Origin: a bacterium
GTDB lineage: Bacteria; Arandabacterota; Arandabacteria; Arandabacterales; JALGWA01
Assembly: GCA_050125095.1 (NCBI GenBank)
Contig: JASFEA010000055.1
Span: forward strand, 1 to 19,146
Direction of reading: 5' to 3'
Length of the DNA: 19,146 bases
The notes beneath the pieces are model-generated. The model was given only the letters and a program-made list of their open reading frames with translations, had not been told where the DNA came from and ran no database searches. Below, piece by piece: positions 16,235-19,146 of the stretch. Every line of letters starts with the position of its first letter. Within the stretch, counting starts at the first letter, position 1. The translations under genes and the position numbers were made by a program.

Positions 16235-17656
16235 CTAGCGCGCGGGGCGCTCCACCGTGAAGAGGCTGTCGAGACGCATCTGGAAAAAGGCCCGCCCCGC
16301 GGCTTCCACCCCTTCGCTGTTTACCAGCTCACGGACAAGCGCCGGTATGTCGCGCCGCAGCCTGACGGTGACCTCATCGCCTCCCGCGCCGGCGAATCTG
16401 GCCCACGCGGGCTCGGGCGCCTTCGCAACCATGATATTGCCTTTGCCGAGCGTGCAGCCGCTTCCGATCTGTACGCCGTCAATGAGGCATGACCTGGGTG
16501 TTTCCAGAGGCGAATGCACCTGCGCCGAGACGCCGAAATGCCCTTCGGACCCTAGCTCGCTGAGGGCCAACCTGGCCATGCGATATCCGATCACCACATA
16601 CGGACCAAGATGCCCGTGAAACGCCCTTAGCAGTGTCTCTGCAGGCACCTCGGGCGCGAGGCTTGGAGCATGCCGCTGGACGGGACCATATGCGTACAGG
16701 CGGCGGAGCGCATTCAGGGCGCCTTCGGTGTCGACCAGTCTTGCGACGGATATATTCCCGGACGATGAAGGGGTCAGCACAAACGTGCCCGTGTCGGTCT
16801 TCTCGGCCTCGTAGGTCCGGCTATCGAAGCCCAGCAACTCATCGCGCAGGAAGCCTATCGCCGCCATTTCATCATACAGCATGACATGGGGGGACCTGTC
16901 ACCGAGGCTTCCGACGAGCTGCTCCATATAGAGCACCGGGGAAGACTCGCCCTCAAGAGAAGACAGGAAATCGATGCCGTCGAGGCCCTCGGCCCCCGAG
17001 ATGTCTATGATGACCACCCGGGGTGCGGAGGTGAGCACCATTTCCGACGCCTCAATGTCGAAGGTGAGGTTGAAGCCGGAAAGGGCGCCTTCGGCCAACA
17101 CCGAGGGGATATAGACCGTCTCTATGTGACGGAAACCGTGCGGATCCCCGATTGCCAGCGCCATTAGATTGCTTAGAGGCCCGAGGGCCAGATACTGGAG
17201 GCCGGGATTGTTTTCGGCGAGGGCGCCCAGACTCCCGGGGGTGAATTGCATCGCCTCACTATTCCTCGGAGGTGGAAAAACGGCTCCTCCCAGGCTGTTC
17301 GCGGTCTGTCGCCAGGGCGGGGCGTCTAGGCCGGCCCGCCTGCTGCCCATTATGACCGGGATCGAATTCGACCGGCTGGCTTCCAGAAGACCGATGAGGT
17401 TATCGGTACCCTTTCCAAGGGCAGCAGAGCCTTCCACCGTAACGAAAGCCTCGATATGCAGGGTGGAATCCGCGAGCAGGGCGAAAACGGCCCGGACGTC
17501 ATCGAGTCCCATGTCGGTATCGACTACTACATGCCTCCGGGTTTCCAGTTCATGCTCAGTATGAGCGTGGCAGGCAGCTACCTGAAGCGCTGAGAGCGCA
17601 AGCAGAACCACGAGCGCCCTGCCGCATGTGCACATCGTTATTCGTCTGGACCTCAT
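16235..17656 (-). CDS. Exported fusion: inosine/uridine nucleoside-hydrolase-fold domain plus C-terminal FmdE domain
   Basis: CAGGAGG RBS before ATG 17656, signal-peptide-like N-terminus, VVVDTDMGLDD, LGPLSN, FNLTFD, LYDE (nucleoside hydrolase); FHGHLGPYVVIGYRM, SCLIDGVQIGSGCTLGKGNI (FmdE). Confidence 0.88.
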   Translation of the reverse strand: MRSRRITMCTCGRALVVLLALSALQVAACHAHTEHELETRRHVVVDTDMGLDDVRAVFALLADSTLHIEAFVTVEGSAALGKGTDNLIGLLEASRSNSIPVIMGSRRAGLDAPPWRQTANSLGGAVFPPPRNSEAMQFTPGSLGALAENNPGLQYLALGPLSNLMALAIGDPHGFRHIETVYIPSVLAEGALSGFNLTFDIEASEMVLTSAPRVVIIDISGAEGLDGIDFLSSLEGESSPVLYMEQLVGSLGDRSPHVMLYDEMAAIGFLRDELLGFDSRTYEAEKTDTGTFVLTPSSSGNISVARLVDTEGALNALRRLYAYGPVQRHAPSLAPEVPAETLLRAFHGHLGPYVVIGYRMARLALSELGSEGHFGVSAQVHSPLETPRSCLIDGVQIGSGCTLGKGNIMVAKAPEPAWARFAGAGGDEVTVRLRRDIPALVRELVNSEGVEAAGRAFFQMRLDSLFTVERPAR

Positions 17657-17742
17657 GCGCGACCTCCTGGCTTTCCAATTCTGCAATCGCGTAAATGCCC
17701 AGTGCCGGGGCGTCGGCGCAGGCATTTCAACGTCTCGGGACC

Positions 17743-19146
17743 CTACTGCGTTTCCATCCGGGCGGTCAAAAACACCGTCCGGCCGGGCATGGGATACCCC
17801 GGCTGGAAGCAGTAGTCTTCATCCGTCAGATTCTCTATTTCCAGAGATAATTCAATCGGCGCCCCCGTGAAGTCGGCAAGCGGGAATCCCACGCCCGCGT
17901 TGGCGACGAAATATCCCGGCAGCATCTCCATATCAAGTAACTCCCCCTCCCCGCTCCGCGCATTGTAGGCGTATTGCCGGGCCACATATTCAAGGTCGAG
18001 AGTAAGACGCAGCCATGTCATGGGCTCGAAGTTGGCCCCGGCGGAGCCCGAGAACTCCGGCGAGCGGGGTGTTTTCTCCATGGCGGGGTCGAGCAGCGTA
18101 AGCGCGGCGTAGAGTGAGATGCCCCTTCGCATATCGATCGCCGCGGAGATCTCGAATCCGGTGACTTCGTATTCACGAACGTTTACCAGACCGGCCGGGG
18201 TCCACTGCATGAGATTGTCGGCCCGGTCGCTGAATACGGACGCCTGCAGCCTCAAACCGGCGCCCCATGAAGCATTCACACCGGCTTCAACATGGTCGAG
18301 CACCTCCGCCTCGAGGCTGTCCACCGTGGATGAGGCAACACCGAGCGAGTAGACACCCGGATAAGAGATACCCCTCGAATAGGCGGCAAAAGCCGTGTAG
18401 TCGCGCCACTTGAATATAAGTCCCGCATGCGGAGCCGACTCGGAGGCGAACCTGGAGTGATTGTAGTATCGCAATCCCACGGACGGAACGACAGAACTCT
18501 TGCCCAGGGCCACCTTGTATCGGGCTGCCAGCGCGGGCGCCACCGTGGTGAAACGCCCCTCGTACTCGAAAGGTACATAGCCGGATATGGTCGTATTACG
18601 GAACTCGCCGCCCTCATCCTCAGCCTCGAGCCCGATCGTAACACCCAGGTCCCCCAGGAGGATGTCCTCCGAACCGCGGAATCCATAGTTGTTCCAGTCG
18701 GTATCCGAGTTGCCGGCGGGGCTTTCGGGGCCGCTGATATGGTCCTTCTCCCAGCGAATCCTCCCTTCCTCATAGTAGAGAACGGCATAGCCGCTGAGGC
18801 CGACCCCTTCATGGTCGAGCCTTATGTTGTGGGTGAGGGTATTGGTCGCGAACCTGTCGCGCTCGGGCGTCGGCCCGTCGGCATGACCAGGATCGCGGCT
18901 CCAGTTGTCTGTATATTGAAGCGTATAACCCAGGTGGAGGCCCTCGCGCGCATCGGCCCCGAGCCGCAAATAGAGCGAGCCTGTCTTACCGTCTGCGTGG
19001 GGGCGGTGCCCATCGGACGCCTTGTAGCTTCCCCCCAGATAGTAGTCCAGCCCCCCGGCCTTCCCGCCATGGCGAAGCACGCCTCCTTTAGAATCATACT
19101 CGCCCAGGACGAGCTCGAAAGAGGTCTCATAGCCGGGCTGGACTCG
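17743..19146 (-). CDS. TonB-dependent outer-membrane receptor, partial (plug and 5' end beyond window edge)
   Basis: The frame stays open from 19080 to the window edge. Long run of beta strands, GLRY, LEAE..EAG, and the C-terminal IENLTDEDY..GYPMPGRT motif typical of TonB receptors. Confidence 0.92.
   Translation of the reverse strand, partial: RVQPGYETSFELVLGEYDSKGGVLRHGGKAGGLDYYLGGSYKASDGHRPHADGKTGSLYLRLGADAREGLHLGYTLQYTDNWSRDPGHADGPTPERDRFATNTLTHNIRLDHEGVGLSGYAVLYYEEGRIRWEKDHISGPESPAGNSDTDWNNYGFRGSEDILLGDLGVTIGLEAEDEGGEFRNTTISGYVPFEYEGRFTTVAPALAARYKVALGKSSVVPSVGLRYYNHSRFASESAPHAGLIFKWRDYTAFAAYSRGISYPGVYSLGVASSTVDSLEAEVLDHVEAGVNASWGAGLRLQASVFSDRADNLMQWTPAGLVNVREYEVTGFEISAAIDMRRGISLYAALTLLDPAMEKTPRSPEFSGSAGANFEPMTWLRLTLDLEYVARQYAYNARSGEGELLDMEMLPGYFVANAGVGFPLADFTGAPIELSLEIENLTDEDYCFQPGYPMPGRTVFLTARMETQ

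Noticed and set aside
17693-17727. Hairpin or riboswitch between the TonB receptor and the fusion gene
   Set aside because: Inner pairs need G-U on the non-coding strand; no cobalamin or other riboswitch core is visible.

Overview
A GC-rich bacterial chromosomal window from a diderm (many outer-membrane barrels, lipoproteins and a TonB-dependent receptor), in three blocks. (1) 1-7331, minus strand, housekeeping: coiled-coil lipoprotein, dual-LysM protein, then phoH, ybeY, a CorC/HlyC CBS protein, DUF502, recO, glyQ and glyS (glyS runs off the left edge). (2) About 7440-15440, plus strand, an accessory envelope block: DUF4136-like lipoprotein, five predicted outer-membrane/surface beta-proteins, an anaerobic sulfatase maturase with no sulfatase in the window, an LRR lipoprotein, and a sigma54-activator-type HTH protein lacking its AAA+ domain that is bracketed by two related 32-bp palindromes. 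A GGGGTCAGGTC REP-like motif occurs at both ends of this block and once inside it, where it supplies a start codon. (3) 15470-19146: an rlmB-like methyltransferase converging on a minus-strand pair, a TonB-dependent receptor (runs off the right edge) followed by an exported nucleoside-hydrolase-fold/FmdE fusion. All family calls come from motif recognition by eye; no database search was run.
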